Below are positions 1 through 10,500 of a stretch of DNA of 48,709 nucleotides, one piece after another (positions within the stretch are counted from its first letter, which is position 1; each line of letters begins with the position of its first letter). The stretch covers positions 1 through 48,709 of the forward strand of contig JAFYKQ010000097.1 in assembly GCA_017537565.1 (NCBI GenBank), read 5' to 3'. The position numbers were made by a program, and so were the translations under genes. The stretch is from Flavobacteriales bacterium. Its GTDB lineage: Bacteria; Bacteroidota; Bacteroidia; Flavobacteriales; UBA1820. The notes beneath the pieces were generated by a model. The model saw only the letters and a list, made by a program, of their open reading frames with translations, was not told the origin of the DNA and did no database searches.

Positions 1-595
1 CATCTATACCGTCATATGAGACTTTCTTGATAAGGTCTGTATCCATCGTACCTTCATAAGGTTCTCCAAATACCGATGTAACAACCTTGGCTTCGGCAAA
101 TGCTGGGTCGTTTTTATACAAAGTATTGATGTATAGAGGCAACATATAACTCAACCAACCATTGACGTGGATAAGGTCTGGACTCCAATTGAGTTTTTTT
201 ACCGTCTCTATCACACCTTTAGCAAAAAAGATAGCACGTTCATCGTTATTTGCACAAGGAATACCGTTCTCGTCATATTCGCGGTTACGGGTTTTGAAAT
301 ACTCCTGGTTATCTATGAAATAAACCTGTAGTCGCTCACGAGGCACAGATGCTACCTTGATGATAAGAGGCTGGTCTATATCATTGACTACCATATTCAT
401 ACCAGATAGACGTATGACTTCGTGCAACTGATGACGGCGTTCGTTTATACAACCAAAACGAGGCATAAATATCCTCACATCACAGCCTTCCTCCTGCATA
501 ATCCTAGGTAAATCCAGCGAAGTATCTGCCATATGTGAAGATGGCAAGTAGGGAGTAAGTTCCGAAGAAACATACAATATCCTCTTGTTTTTCAT
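1..595 (-). CDS. glycogen/starch synthase-like glycosyltransferase, N-terminal part (gene runs off the left edge)
   Basis: My translation of the minus strand from the ATG at 595-593 gives MKNKRILYVSSELTPYLPSSHMADTSLDLPRIMQEEGCDVRIFMPRFGCINERRHQLHEVIRLSG... and stays open to position 1. This N-terminal pattern is typical of GT5-type glycogen synthase. It is missing from the ORF track because there is no stop in the window. Confidence 0.75.
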   Translation of the reverse strand, partial: MKNKRILYVSSELTPYLPSSHMADTSLDLPRIMQEEGCDVRIFMPRFGCINERRHQLHEVIRLSGMNMVVNDIDQPLIIKVASVPRERLQVYFIDNQEYFKTRNREYDENGIPCANNDERAIFFAKGVIETVKKLNWSPDLIHVNGWLSYMLPLYINTLYKNDPAFAEAKVVTSVFGEPYEGTMDTDLIKKVSYDGID

Positions 596-682
596 TATAT
601 TATTTTTAATAAAAATTTAACCCTAATAGTCGCAACAGCCATGTAAGTACACGTATAGTACAGACACACTACTTGCAATGTG

Positions 683-690
683 CAAAGTTA
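683..690 (-). promoter_or_regulatory. Bacteroidota sigma-A type -7 box (TAACTTTG on minus strand) for the glycogen synthase-like gene
   Basis: The plus strand reads CAAAGTTA, whose reverse complement matches TAnnTTTG. It lies about 90 nt upstream of the ATG at 595. Confidence 0.5.
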
Positions 691-749
691 CAAATTTAGA
701 GTGGGATATCGTGCTTTTTTTCTTTTTTAAAGATATTAAATTTTTTCAG

Positions 750-1958
750 CTATTCTATCACCCCGCTGAAAACCAATTCATCTCCCACATATGCCGCTGC
801 AAACTGCCCACTGGTAACGGCACTCTGGGGACGGGAAAATGTAATGTAGATGCCTTCTGGGCGTTTGTGTAGGGTGGCACTCTCCAGCGGTTGGCGGTAG
901 CGTATGCGTACCATAACATCTAGACTATCTCCGTCTTTAAGAGCCATATCTTCTCTTATCCAGTGTTCGTCCTGTGTAGGAATAAACAGTGCTGTACGGT
1001 ATAGTCCAGCGTGGTCTTTGCCTTCGCCTACATATACTATATTTTCACGTGTGTCTGTATCTATAACAAAAAGAGGAAATGCGTGGCCTCCCACATCAAG
1101 CCCCTTACGCTGCCCACAGGTAAAAAAGTGTGCTCCGTGATGTGTACCTATAACTTTACCATCTGTAGGGGAGTAGTCATATTTACGAGAAGATAGACGC
1201 ATCTTATCATCACCCGCGAATGAGTCCAGCTCACTCTTACGGTGAGCATATATAGGACTATCGGCAGGGATTTCTATTATCTGTCCATCGCGTGCAGCTA
1301 ATTTTTGTTTAAGGAATTCGGGGAGTTTTACCTTCCCTACAAAACATATACCCTGACTATCCTTCTTACTGGCCGTAACCAATCCTAGTGTAGTGGCTAT
1401 CTGTCTCACGTGAGGTTTTTCCATATCTCCTATGGGGAACATAGCGTGGGATAGTTGTTCTTGGGATAGCTGGCACAGGAAATAGCTCTGGTCTTTGTTG
1501 CCGTCCAGTCCACACAGTAGTCTATATACCGTCTCTCCGTTTACTTCTGTCTCTTCCACACGGGCATAGTGTCCCGTTGCTACCATATCGGCACCCAACT
1601 CTTGGGCTGCACGCAAGAATACATCAAATTTTATCTCTCGGTTACATAGAACATCGGGGTTTGGCGTGCGGCCTTTTTCATATTCAGAAAACATATAGTC
1701 CACGACCTTCTCCCTGTATATCTCACTCAAATCCACCACCGAAAACGGTATCCCGAGAGCCTGTGCCACCATCATAGCATCATTGCTATCCTCCAGCCAA
1801 GGACATTCTTTGGATATAGTGACCGACGTGTCGTGCCAGTTTTTCATAAACAGGCCTATTACCTCATAACCTTGTTCTTTGAGCAGGTATGCCGCTACCG
1901 AACTATCTACTCCTCCCGAAAGCCCTACTACTACCCTGGTGTTTTTAACGTCTTTCAT
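750..1958 (-). CDS. mnmA: tRNA 2-thiouridine(34) synthase MnmA
   Basis: The PP-loop motif [12 protein letters not shown] is present and the protein is MnmA-like over its full length ([24 protein letters not shown]). I chose the start at M21 (MKDVKNTR) because a TAnnTTTG box sits inside the longer ORF. Confidence 0.92.
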   Translation of the reverse strand: MKDVKNTRVVVGLSGGVDSSVAAYLLKEQGYEVIGLFMKNWHDTSVTISKECPWLEDSNDAMMVAQALGIPFSVVDLSEIYREKVVDYMFSEYEKGRTPNPDVLCNREIKFDVFLRAAQELGADMVATGHYARVEETEVNGETVYRLLCGLDGNKDQSYFLCQLSQEQLSHAMFPIGDMEKPHVRQIATTLGLVTASKKDSQGICFVGKVKLPEFLKQKLAARDGQIIEIPADSPIYAHRKSELDSFAGDDKMRLSSRKYDYSPTDGKVIGTHHGAHFFTCGQRKGLDVGGHAFPLFVIDTDTRENIVYVGEGKDHAGLYRTALFIPTQDEHWIREDMALKDGDSLDVMVRIRYRQPLESATLHKRPEGIYITFSRPQSAVTSGQFAAAYVGDELVFSGVIE

Positions 1959-1995
1959 ATGTGATATGTGTGATATATGTTTTCTATTGTGAAAG

Positions 1996-2003
1996 CAAAA
2001 GTA
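1996..2003 (-). promoter_or_regulatory. -7 promoter box (TACTTTTG on minus strand) for mnmA
   Basis: The plus strand reads CAAAAGTA. The box is 38 nt upstream of the ATG at 1958 and lies inside the 5' extension of the track ORF (to 2018), which argues against that extension. Confidence 0.55.
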
Positions 2004-2024
2004 TAAATAAACCACCAATTCTCA

Positions 2025-2426
2025 TCATACAAATGGAGAGAATGCGTCCTCTATATGGTCTATATGGCTATGATGGGCATTGGTTACTATGGCTATGATA
2101 TCAAACCGTATAGACACGTCCTGTTCTGATGTCTGCATATAAGCATTTGCGGCACGTATCATACGATGTTGTTTTTTTATATCCACAGCGTCTTGAGGGG
2201 ATTCCAGATTATCACTACGGCGTGTTTTCACCTCTACAAAAACCAACGTATCGTCCTTGAGTGCTATGATGTCTATCTCTATGCCTTCTATGCGATGGCG
2301 GGTGTGTAGGATTTTATATCCCGTATTTGTGAGATAATCACACGCCAATCTCTCGCCGTGCAGTCCCAGCTTATAATGAGCCGATATCTCACGCTCGTCA
2401 TCACTCTTTTTCATCTCTCTTTTCAT
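2025..2426 (-). CDS. YraN/UPF0102 family endonuclease-like protein
   Basis: The size (about 130 aa) and the pattern G...A..YL...GY.IL..R.R...GEIDIIA......LVFVEVKTR (here GIEIDIIALKDDTLVFVEVKTRR) are characteristic of UPF0102. It overlaps the upstream permease gene by 26 nt. Confidence 0.8.
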   Translation of the reverse strand: MKREMKKSDDEREISAHYKLGLHGERLACDYLTNTGYKILHTRHRIEGIEIDIIALKDDTLVFVEVKTRRSDNLESPQDAVDIKKQHRMIRAANAYMQTSEQDVSIRFDIIAIVTNAHHSHIDHIEDAFSPFV

Positions 2427-3627
2427 AGAATATCTTTTTCATTCCTCCCGTAGCTATGATGGTAGACAGGTATCCAAGTGTCGCAATACTCACTATGGTG
2501 ATGACTATGTTCCACACGGTAAGCATCGCAGGATATGGGATACTGGTGGTACCGCTTATCGTTATAAAGGAAAAATGTTCCTGTGCCAGCACCAGTATCA
2601 CTCCACACACCATACCTATGGCAGCTCCTGCCCACAGGCTCATAAGACCTTCATATATAAAAATCCTCCTGATGTCTTTAATACTCATTCCCATAGCTCG
2701 CAACACATAGATATTGTCCTTTTTATCCAGTATAAGCATCACGACAGATGCCACCACACCCGCCATTGCTATGATGAGAATAAGTGCAAAAACGGCATAC
2801 AGTACGGCGTTTTCTGTATTGATGATTTTGTACATATAGGATTTGAGTTGGGAGATGGTGCGTACGGTATACTCGTCTCCCAGTACAGACCTTAGAGTGG
2901 CAGACACCACCTCTTCATCGGCATTTTCTTTTACCTTTATCTCTATGCTGCTTATCTGGTGGGGTGTTCTACCCATCAATTCCTGCATAGCTCGCAAAGG
3001 CACATAGATGATATTCTCCTCCCCACCGTGTCCCGTAAAATATGCTGTGGGAAAAAATGAAATCTCACGGTAAAACGAAGATAGTGCACGGGTAGTGGTT
3101 TTGCCTTGCGGGATAAAGGCGGTGAGGGTATTGCTCATATCGGGGATATTCATCTGCAATAAATATGCTGCCTTTACTCCTACCAGAGCCTGAGGGATAT
3201 TATATCCATCATCGGCCATATCTACATTGCCTACTATGAGGCTATCCATATCTATTACATCAAAATATGCAGTGTCTATACCCTTTATGCGGCATATAAG
3301 CTCTCCCGTGCGATACTTTACAAATGCTTTTTCTGTAAGAGTGCGAGAGATGTATTCGACTCCTTCTACGTCCTCTATGGCAGAGGTCATAGACTCATCT
3401 ACCGTGATGGTCTTACCCGTAGTGGGGCTTATCTCTATATGGGGATAGACGCCATTCATAGACGCGTCGTTTATCTCCCTTAGTCCCGCAAAGACACCCA
3501 TTACCACAACCATCGCAAACACACCCACAGCTACACCTACCACAGCCATAGTCGTAATAATCCCCACGGCCGACCTCTTGTTACGGGACGTGAGATACCT
3601 ACGGGCTATGTATGATGAAGCAGACAT
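2401..3627 (-). CDS. FtsX-like ABC transporter permease (LolC/LolE-type)
   Basis: It has an N-terminal TM helix, a large periplasmic domain and three C-terminal TM helices, with a typical FtsX-family C-terminus (LRAMGMS..IRRIFIYEG). Confidence 0.8.
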   Translation of the reverse strand: MSASSYIARRYLTSRNKRSAVGIITTMAVVGVAVGVFAMVVVMGVFAGLREINDASMNGVYPHIEISPTTGKTITVDESMTSAIEDVEGVEYISRTLTEKAFVKYRTGELICRIKGIDTAYFDVIDMDSLIVGNVDMADDGYNIPQALVGVKAAYLLQMNIPDMSNTLTAFIPQGKTTTRALSSFYREISFFPTAYFTGHGGEENIIYVPLRAMQELMGRTPHQISSIEIKVKENADEEVVSATLRSVLGDEYTVRTISQLKSYMYKIINTENAVLYAVFALILIIAMAGVVASVVMLILDKKDNIYVLRAMGMSIKDIRRIFIYEGLMSLWAGAAIGMVCGVILVLAQEHFSFITISGTTSIPYPAMLTVWNIVITIVSIATLGYLSTIIATGGMKKIFYEKRDEKE

Positions 3628-3692
3628 ATGGTAAACATATTTAAAGGGTGGGGGGTGGGTGCCGCCAAACTGGCGGCAAGTATTTATATCGT

Positions 3693-4058
3693 TTATTTAT
3701 CTCTTATAGGATTATCTACTTCTCCTCTTAGACATTTTTCTATCTCTTCCATATGCTGGTAGCCTTCGTCTATATAGAATATCACTTCGGGTATTTTACG
3801 TAGCTGATGTCGTACCTTATCTCCCAATTCCCCACGGAAGTAAGCTGTCTGCTCCTTTACTTTTTCCAGGATAGTCATTTTATCATCGGTAGGGAAGATA
3901 CTCATATTAACACGAGCTATGGATAGGTCTGGGGTTACGCGTACGCTACTGACACTCAGCAGGACACCAGGTGTGTTTTCCTTGGCCCACTGGCGTAGCA
4001 TCTCACTTATATCCTCTTTTAAGAGGCTTTCTATTCTTTTAATTCTTAATTGGTTCAT
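3693..4058 (-). CDS. rbfA: ribosome-binding factor A
   Basis: The 121 aa protein starts R..R...L.KE.I.E and contains VSSVRVTPDLSIARV, a typical RbfA signature. Confidence 0.88.
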   Translation of the reverse strand: MNQLRIKRIESLLKEDISEMLRQWAKENTPGVLLSVSSVRVTPDLSIARVNMSIFPTDDKMTILEKVKEQTAYFRGELGDKVRHQLRKIPEVIFYIDEGYQHMEEIEKCLRGEVDNPIRDK

Positions 4059-4238
4059 AGATAAAGGGTGTATGTGTTATTTTTAACCCGCAGGTCAAAT
4101 TATTTCGTTAAATTTGTCTGGTCATATATGTGGTAAAAATACTATATCACACATATGATATGACAGCTATAAATGTATTTTTTCAAAGGTAAGAATTAAA
4201 AAGTCATAAAAACAAAACTATACGGATATTTTTCCTCA

Positions 4239-4246
4239 TACTTTTG
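4239..4246 (+). promoter_or_regulatory. -7 promoter box TACTTTTG for the MazG-like gene
   Basis: Exact TAnnTTTG match 23 nt upstream of the ATG at 4269. Confidence 0.55.
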
Positions 4247-4268
4247 TTTTTAACATTAAAAACATACT

Positions 4269-4595
4269 ATGGATATAAAAAACGCCCAAGAGGCAGTAGA
4301 TAGATGGATTAAAGAACACGGGGTGCGTTATTTTGACCCTCTTACCAATATGGCTCTGCTTACCGAGGAAGTAGGCGAGGTAGCCCGTATCATAGCTCGT
4401 CGTTATGGGCAGCAGAGCGAAAAAGAATCAGACACCACTCGTGATTTGGGAGAAGAACTATCTGATGTGGTATTTGTCGTTATGTGCCTGGCCAATCAAA
4501 CAGGAATAGACCTAGATAGTGCATTTAAACGCAAAATGGAAATTAAAACCGCCCGAGACCACGACCGCCATCACAATAACCCCAAACTAATCTAA
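4269..4595 (+). CDS. MazG-like nucleotide pyrophosphohydrolase (small, single-domain)
   Basis: The LTEEVGEVARII ... ELSDVVFVVMCLAN pattern (EExxE...E/D) is typical of the MazG/YpjD all-alpha NTP-PPase fold. Confidence 0.78.
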   Translation: MDIKNAQEAVDRWIKEHGVRYFDPLTNMALLTEEVGEVARIIARRYGQQSEKESDTTRDLGEELSDVVFVVMCLANQTGIDLDSAFKRKMEIKTARDHDRHHNNPKLI

Positions 4596-4603
4596 CATAC
4601 CAT

Positions 4604-6871
4604 ATGATAGACGCTCGTACCATAGAAGACCTGGAACTAGAAAAAGTAAAAGCCGCTATACTCCCCTATTGCCGTAGTGAGAAGGGACGCAATCTGTGTT
4701 CACACATACGCCCATACCGCAACCTGGCGGCACTCTCTACCGAACTACGCCAGACAGATGAATACATACGACACGCTGGGGGAGCATTCCCCTCGGCCGA
4801 GTTTTCCACTGCCGACAACGACATTAAACTGCTATCATTAGAAGGGTCATCTCTTCCCATAGATGCTCTTATGCGTATATATGAGATAGCTTCACGTAGT
4901 AATGCCATCATAGCACATATATTGAGATATGAGGATTTTTTCACTCATCTCAAAAAGAAAATAAGTGATATAAAACCTTGCCCCGAGATATGTCGCAGCA
5001 TAGACGAAGTGATAGACAGCGATGGCACAGTCAAAGACTCGGCATCTGCTACCCTGCAAGGTATAAGACGTACCATATCATCTATACGCGGGAGCATAGA
5101 CAGCGTATTCCGTAGTGATATGGCTCGCTACCGCAACGAAGGTTTTCTGGACGAGATAGGAGAGACCGTCATAGACCATCGTCGTGTGCTGGCAGTATCG
5201 GCCATGTATCGTCGTCGTGTACCTGGTATGTTTATGGGTACTTCCAAAACAGGCAGTATCGTTTACATAGAACCCGAAAGCACCAGTCGCCTATCAGGAG
5301 CATTGGCAGATGCCCTAGCAGAAGAAAAGAAGGAAATTTACAGGATACTCACAGCCCTGTGTACTACCATACGTCCATACACATTATTCCTGGCCAAGAG
5401 CCAAAAACTACTTACCGAGATAGACCTCCTGCAAGCCAAAGCACGCTATGCCGAAGAGATAGGTGCCTGCCTACCAAAGATAAGCCGTACGCTTAAAATG
5501 AATCTCATAGAGGCTTATCACCCTATACTCTTACTCACAAATCGTCAACAGGGACGTGAAACTTTCCCACAGAACATAGTCCTCACACCTTCGCGGCGTA
5601 TAATAGCCATATCTGGTCCCAATGCAGGTGGTAAGAGTATCACACTTAAAACAGTAGGATTGCTCCAGTTGATGTTACAATGCGGGCTCCCAGTGCCTGT
5701 AAACCCCGAAAGCACTATGTGTCTTTTTAATACCATCATCACAGACATAGGAGATAACCAGTCCATAGAAAACCACCTGTCCACATATTCATATCGTCTT
5801 AAAAAGATGGCTGATTTTCTATCGGTATGTGATGAAAAGACACTTTTCCTTATAGACGAGTTTGGTACAGGGTCAGACCCCGATTTGGGAGGTGCATTGG
5901 CCGAAGTTTTCCTAGAAGAGTTCTATCGTCGTGGGGCATATGGTGTCCTCACCACCCACTATACCAATATAAAACTACTGGCAGAAAAACTACCCGAGGC
6001 GATAAATGCCTCTATGTTATTTGACGAGAAGACTCTTATGCCTCTATATCGCCTATTTGTGGGGCAGGCGGGTAGTTCGTTTACATTTGAAGTAGCACGA
6101 ATGAACGGTATATCACAATCTCTCATAGACCGTGCACGTTCACGTGTGGAACACGACAAGATAGTCCTGGAACGCACCATTGCTTCACTGCAAAAGGAGA
6201 AATCATCTATCGTAGAGAAGAGTCGTTCGCTTTCATCGGCACAGAAAAAAGCCGAAAGCCACGCCACGGCACTTGAAAAACAGAGCGAGAAGATAAGTTC
6301 CAAACTGGAATCATACCAAGTGCTATATGACCGCAACGTAAAAGAAGTACAGATAGGCCGCAAAGTATCATCACTGGCCGAATCATATTTCTATAAGAAA
6401 ACGTCCAAAAAAGACCTTACTGCTGCACTTATAAAGATAGTAGAGATGGAAAATGCCCGTCGTGGAGAAAAATTGGCAGCAGCAATCAAGGAAAAAGAAC
6501 GCCAGAAGGCTATCGAGGACGAAAAGCAGAGAGAACGCCTCATAGCCCGTGAACGTAAACGTATGGCCGAAGAAGCCCGCCGCGAGGAGCAGGAACGTGC
6601 ACGTATAGAAGCACAGATGCAGAAGGAAATAGAACCTATACGAGAACAGAAAGCCATAGAAGAAGCCGAAATGGCAGCCGCTGCTGCACGCCCTGTGCTT
6701 AATATGCCGTTGGGTGTGGGAGATAGGGTACGTCTATCGGGAGGATTTGCTGTGGGAGTGATAGACCGTATAGAAAAAGGACGTGCTACGGTGGACTATG
6801 GGTGGTTTACCACACAGGTGGCAGTAGAGGAACTGGACCTGGTAGAAAGAGTGAAAAGGGATAAAAAGTAA
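4604..6871 (+). CDS. MutS2-family protein (MutS domain V ATPase, no obvious Smr domain; K/E-rich coiled coil and KOW-like C-terminus)
   Basis: Walker A GPNAGGKSITLK and Walker B LFLIDEFGTGSDP are present. A long EKQRERLIARERKRMAEEARREEQE tract follows. Confidence 0.85.
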   Translation: MIDARTIEDLELEKVKAAILPYCRSEKGRNLCSHIRPYRNLAALSTELRQTDEYIRHAGGAFPSAEFSTADNDIKLLSLEGSSLPIDALMRIYEIASRSNAIIAHILRYEDFFTHLKKKISDIKPCPEICRSIDEVIDSDGTVKDSASATLQGIRRTISSIRGSIDSVFRSDMARYRNEGFLDEIGETVIDHRRVLAVSAMYRRRVPGMFMGTSKTGSIVYIEPESTSRLSGALADALAEEKKEIYRILTALCTTIRPYTLFLAKSQKLLTEIDLLQAKARYAEEIGACLPKISRTLKMNLIEAYHPILLLTNRQQGRETFPQNIVLTPSRRIIAISGPNAGGKSITLKTVGLLQLMLQCGLPVPVNPESTMCLFNTIITDIGDNQSIENHLSTYSYRLKKMADFLSVCDEKTLFLIDEFGTGSDPDLGGALAEVFLEEFYRRGAYGVLTTHYTNIKLLAEKLPEAINASMLFDEKTLMPLYRLFVGQAGSSFTFEVARMNGISQSLIDRARSRVEHDKIVLERTIASLQKEKSSIVEKSRSLSSAQKKAESHATALEKQSEKISSKLESYQVLYDRNVKEVQIGRKVSSLAESYFYKKTSKKDLTAALIKIVEMENARRGEKLAAAIKEKERQKAIEDEKQRERLIARERKRMAEEARREEQERARIEAQMQKEIEPIREQKAIEEAEMAAAAARPVLNMPLGVGDRVRLSGGFAVGVIDRIEKGRATVDYGWFTTQVAVEELDLVERVKRDKK

Positions 6872-6916
6872 GTGGATTTTTTATCATCGTTAAATGATGA
6901 TGAGCAATATATATTT

Positions 6917-6924
6917 TATACATT
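6917..6924 (+). promoter_or_regulatory. -7 promoter box TACATTTG for the 6981 gene
   Basis: Exact TAnnTTTG match 57 nt upstream of the ATG at 6981. Confidence 0.45.
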
Positions 6925-6980
6925 TGTATGTATTCAAATAAAAGCATAAAAATAATAACATAAAATTCAAAACACTAAAA

Positions 6981-7526
6981 ATGAAAAAATATCTATTACT
7001 TATGATATGTCTTGTAGGCATATCATTCAGTGCAAAAGCACAATATTATGGGGGTTATTACGGAGGCGGCGGATATTATGGTGGAGGTGGCTACTATGCA
7101 AATCAAGTGGAACAACAGCTCTACCAGCTACAAATGATGAATCAACAAATGCAGATGCAAAATATGCAGATGCAAATGCAGGCTCAACAAGCTCCTTGGA
7201 ATCAACCTACAACACCAGAACAGATGCAGCGTATGCAACAAAATATTATAAACCAAGCTATAATGAACGCACAATCTGCTCCGCAAATATATGTAGAACC
7301 AACTACATCTTATGAAAATAGTTCTTCATACAATTCATCAAGTACAAGGTCTAGAAGCACAAGAACTTGTGGGGCTTGTGATGGAAAAGGTTGGATACCA
7401 AATAACACACGTGTGTCCAGCTTTGGTAGCTCACAAACCAAATGGTGTCCTGACTGTAATAAAACCGTTCCTATAAATCATTACCACGAGACCTGTCCTA
7501 GTTGTAAAGGAAAAGGAGAATGGTAA
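6981..7526 (+). CDS. secreted low-complexity protein with (G)nYY repeats, a Gln/Met-rich tract and a C-terminal CxxCxGxG zinc-finger module
   Basis: It has a signal peptide (MKKYLLLMICLVGISFSAKA|Q), then YYGGYYGGGGYYGGGGYY and QLQMMNQQMQMQNMQMQMQAQQ. The C-terminus carries CGACDGKG, CPDC and CPSCKGKG. It has its own promoter box and a strong terminator. Confidence 0.6.
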   Translation: MKKYLLLMICLVGISFSAKAQYYGGYYGGGGYYGGGGYYANQVEQQLYQLQMMNQQMQMQNMQMQMQAQQAPWNQPTTPEQMQRMQQNIINQAIMNAQSAPQIYVEPTTSYENSSSYNSSSTRSRSTRTCGACDGKGWIPNNTRVSSFGSSQTKWCPDCNKTVPINHYHETCPSCKGKGEW

Positions 7527-7539
7527 CAATACAACCATA

Positions 7540-7573
7540 AAAAACGCGGCACCCTGTGGGTGCCGCGTTTTTT
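7540..7573. terminator. bidirectional intrinsic terminator between the 6981 gene (+) and carB (-)
   Basis: AAAAACGCGGCACCC-TGT-GGGTGCCGCGTTTTTT forms an 11 bp GC-rich stem flanked by an A-run and a T-run. Confidence 0.85.
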
Positions 7574-7591
7574 ATACCAGGGAATCACTCC

Positions 7592-10500
7592 CTATTTAAA
7601 ATCCTGCCAACTCTTGACCTCTATTTCACTGTCTTTAAGCTCACAGCAAGCCTGTATAAAGGCACTCGCCAGACGAGCATTGGTAATAAGAGGGATATTG
7701 TGGTCAACGGCCGCACGACGTATCTTGTAACCGTTGGTAAGTTCACGGTGAGTGTGGTTTTTAGGGATATTGACTATAAGGTCAAACTTGTGTCCAGATA
7801 TCATATCCATTATGTTAAGCTCGGCACCTTCGTCTGGCCAACCTACCACCGTTGCCTCTATACCGTGTTCACCTAGGAAAGCCTTGGTACCTGGTGTAGC
7901 ATATAGATTGTATCCGTTCTTTTGTAGGATTTTGCAAGGTTCCAGTAGGTCAACCTTGGAACGAGCATCACCAGATGACACCATTATGTTTTTCTCTGGG
8001 ATATTATATCCTACCGATATCATAGATGCCAGCAACGCCTCGTTAAAGTCATCACCTATACAGCCTACCTCACCCGTAGATGACATATCTACGCTCAATA
8101 CTGGGTCGGCATTATGAAGACGTGCAAATGAGAACTGTGATGATTTAACACCTATCCAGTCTATGTCAAACACGTTGCTATCTGGTTTTGTGTAAGGAGC
8201 GTCCAGCATTATACGTGTAGCTGTTTCTATAAAGTTGCGTTTAAGAACCTTGGAAACAAATGGGAAACTACGCGATGCACGCAGGTTACACTCTATCACC
8301 TTTATTTCATTGTTTTTGGCCAGATACTGGATATTGAAAGGACCAGATATGTTAAGCTCTTTGGCTATCTTGCGGCTTATCTTCTTGATACGGCGTGCCG
8401 TTTCAAAATATATTTTCTGTGGAGGGAATACCAGTGTAGCGTCACCAGAGTGTACACCTGCAAATTCTATGTGTTCTGAAATAGCATACTCTACCACTTC
8501 ACCGTCTTTGGCTACTGCGTCAAATTCTATTTCCTTGGCATTCTGAAGGAACTGTGATACCACCACAGGGTATTCTTTGGACACCTGTGCAGCCTTGGCC
8601 AGGAATGTATCCAGCTGGTTGCGGTCAAAACATACGTTCATCGCTGCTCCAGATAGCACATATGAAGGACGTACAAGCACTGGATATCCTACTTTATCTA
8701 CAAAATCATATACTTCTTCTATCTGTGACAACTCTTTCCACGCTGGCTGGTCTATACCCAACTGGTCAAGCATACTAGAGAATTTGTGACGGTTTTCGGC
8801 ACGGTCTATCGATAGAGGTGATGTACCCAGGATAGGCACGTCTTGATGATACAATTTTATAGCAAGGTTGTTTGGTATCTGTCCACCTACCGATACTATC
8901 ACACCGCGTGGTATCTCTAGGTCTAGAACGTCCATCACACGTTCAAACGAAAGTTCATCAAAATACAGACGGTCACACATATCATAGTCTGTAGAAACGG
9001 TCTCGGGGTTGTAGTTAATCATTATAGATTTATAACCCAGTTTGCGAGCTGTCTGTATAGCATTTACAGAACACCAGTCAAACTCTACCGAACTACCTAT
9101 ACGATATGCTCCAGAACCTAGTACTACGACAGATTTTTCATTCTTGAAGTATGCTACATCGTGGTCGCGACCATCATACGTCATATAAAGATAGTTGGTC
9201 ATTTCAGATTCTGATGCAACAGTCTCTATACGTTTAACCGTAGGAAGAACACCTGCTTTTTTACGAGTAGCACGTACACGCAATGCGTCTTTGTGAAGAT
9301 TTCCTGCTGCCTTACCTACAAAACGAGCTATCTGGAAGTCTGAGAATCCCAGACGTTTTGCCTCCATAAGAACATCGGCTGGTAGGGTTTCTATATCGTT
9401 ATAGCCTTTAAGAACCAACGAATAGTCATATATGTTTTTAAGACGTTCCAGGAACCAAGGTGAAATCTTGGTAAGTTCAAAAAGACGGTCTATCGTATAT
9501 CCCTCTTCAAATGCCTTGGCGATGGCAAAAATACGCATATCGGTAGGGTTGGCCAGTTCTGTATCCAGGTCTTCAAAATCTAGGTCTTCGTTACCTACAA
9601 AACCGTGCATACCCTGTCCTATCATACGCAAACCTTTCTGTATGATTTCTTCAAATGATTTACCTATGGACATTATCTCACCCACAGATTTCATACTAGA
9701 ACCTATCTGGCGTGATACACCGGCAAACTTGGTAAGGTCCCAACGTGGGATTTTACATATAAGATAGTCTAGTTCTGGTGCTACATAGGCAGACTTTGGT
9801 GTACCCATCTCACCTATCTGGTCCAGTGTATAACCCAATGCCAGTTTGGCAGCAACAAATGCTAGAGGATAACCCGTAGCCTTTGAAGCAAGTGCAGATG
9901 AACGTGAAAGACGAGCATTAACCTCTATCACACGGTAGTCATCTGTGTCTGAATTGAACGCATACTGTACGTTACATTCACCCACTATACCTATATGACG
10001 AATGATTCTAGCAGATAGCTCTTGTAGCATCTTAAGCTCTCCCTCGTCTAGTGAACAAGTAGGAGCAACCACTATACTTTCACCTGTGTGGATACCTAGT
10101 GGGTCAAAGTTTTCCATACCAGCCACCGTAAAGCAGTGGTCATTCTTATCGCGTATAACCTCAAATTCTATTTCTTTCCAGCCTTTGAGGGACTCTTCTA
10201 CTAGTATCTGTTTGGAATATGCAAATGAACTTTTGCATAGAGTCTGGAACTCTTCCATATCACGGCATATACCACTACCTAGACCTCCTAGTGCATAAGC
10301 CGAACGCACCATAATAGGGAAACCTATCTTTTGTGCTGCAGCTATAGCGTCTTCCATAGACTCCACAGCCTGGCTTATAGGAGTCTTGACGTCTATCTCG
10401 TCTAGTTTCTTTACAAAAAGGTCTCGGTCTTCGGTGGTCATTATTGCCTCTACCGATGTTCCGAGAACCTCTACGCCATATTTTTCCAAAATACCGCTCT

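Noticed and set aside
678-872. 64 aa plus-strand ORF spanning the glgA-like promoter region and the mnmA 3' end
   Set aside because: It overlaps the mnmA C-terminus in antisense and has no signals, so it is probably spurious.
3646-3661. G-run GGGTGGGGGGTGGGTG (possible G-quadruplex) between rbfA and the LolE-like gene
   Set aside because: It is a single short tract next to a GCCGCC/GGCGGC hairpin that probably acts as the rbfA terminator, and there is no repetition or context to suggest a function.
4116-4159. Imperfect inverted repeat GTCATATATGTG ... CACATATGATATGAC in the divergent rbfA/mazG promoter region
   Set aside because: It has only 12 pairs with a 3 nt bulge in AT-rich DNA. It could be an operator, but the evidence is too weak to call.
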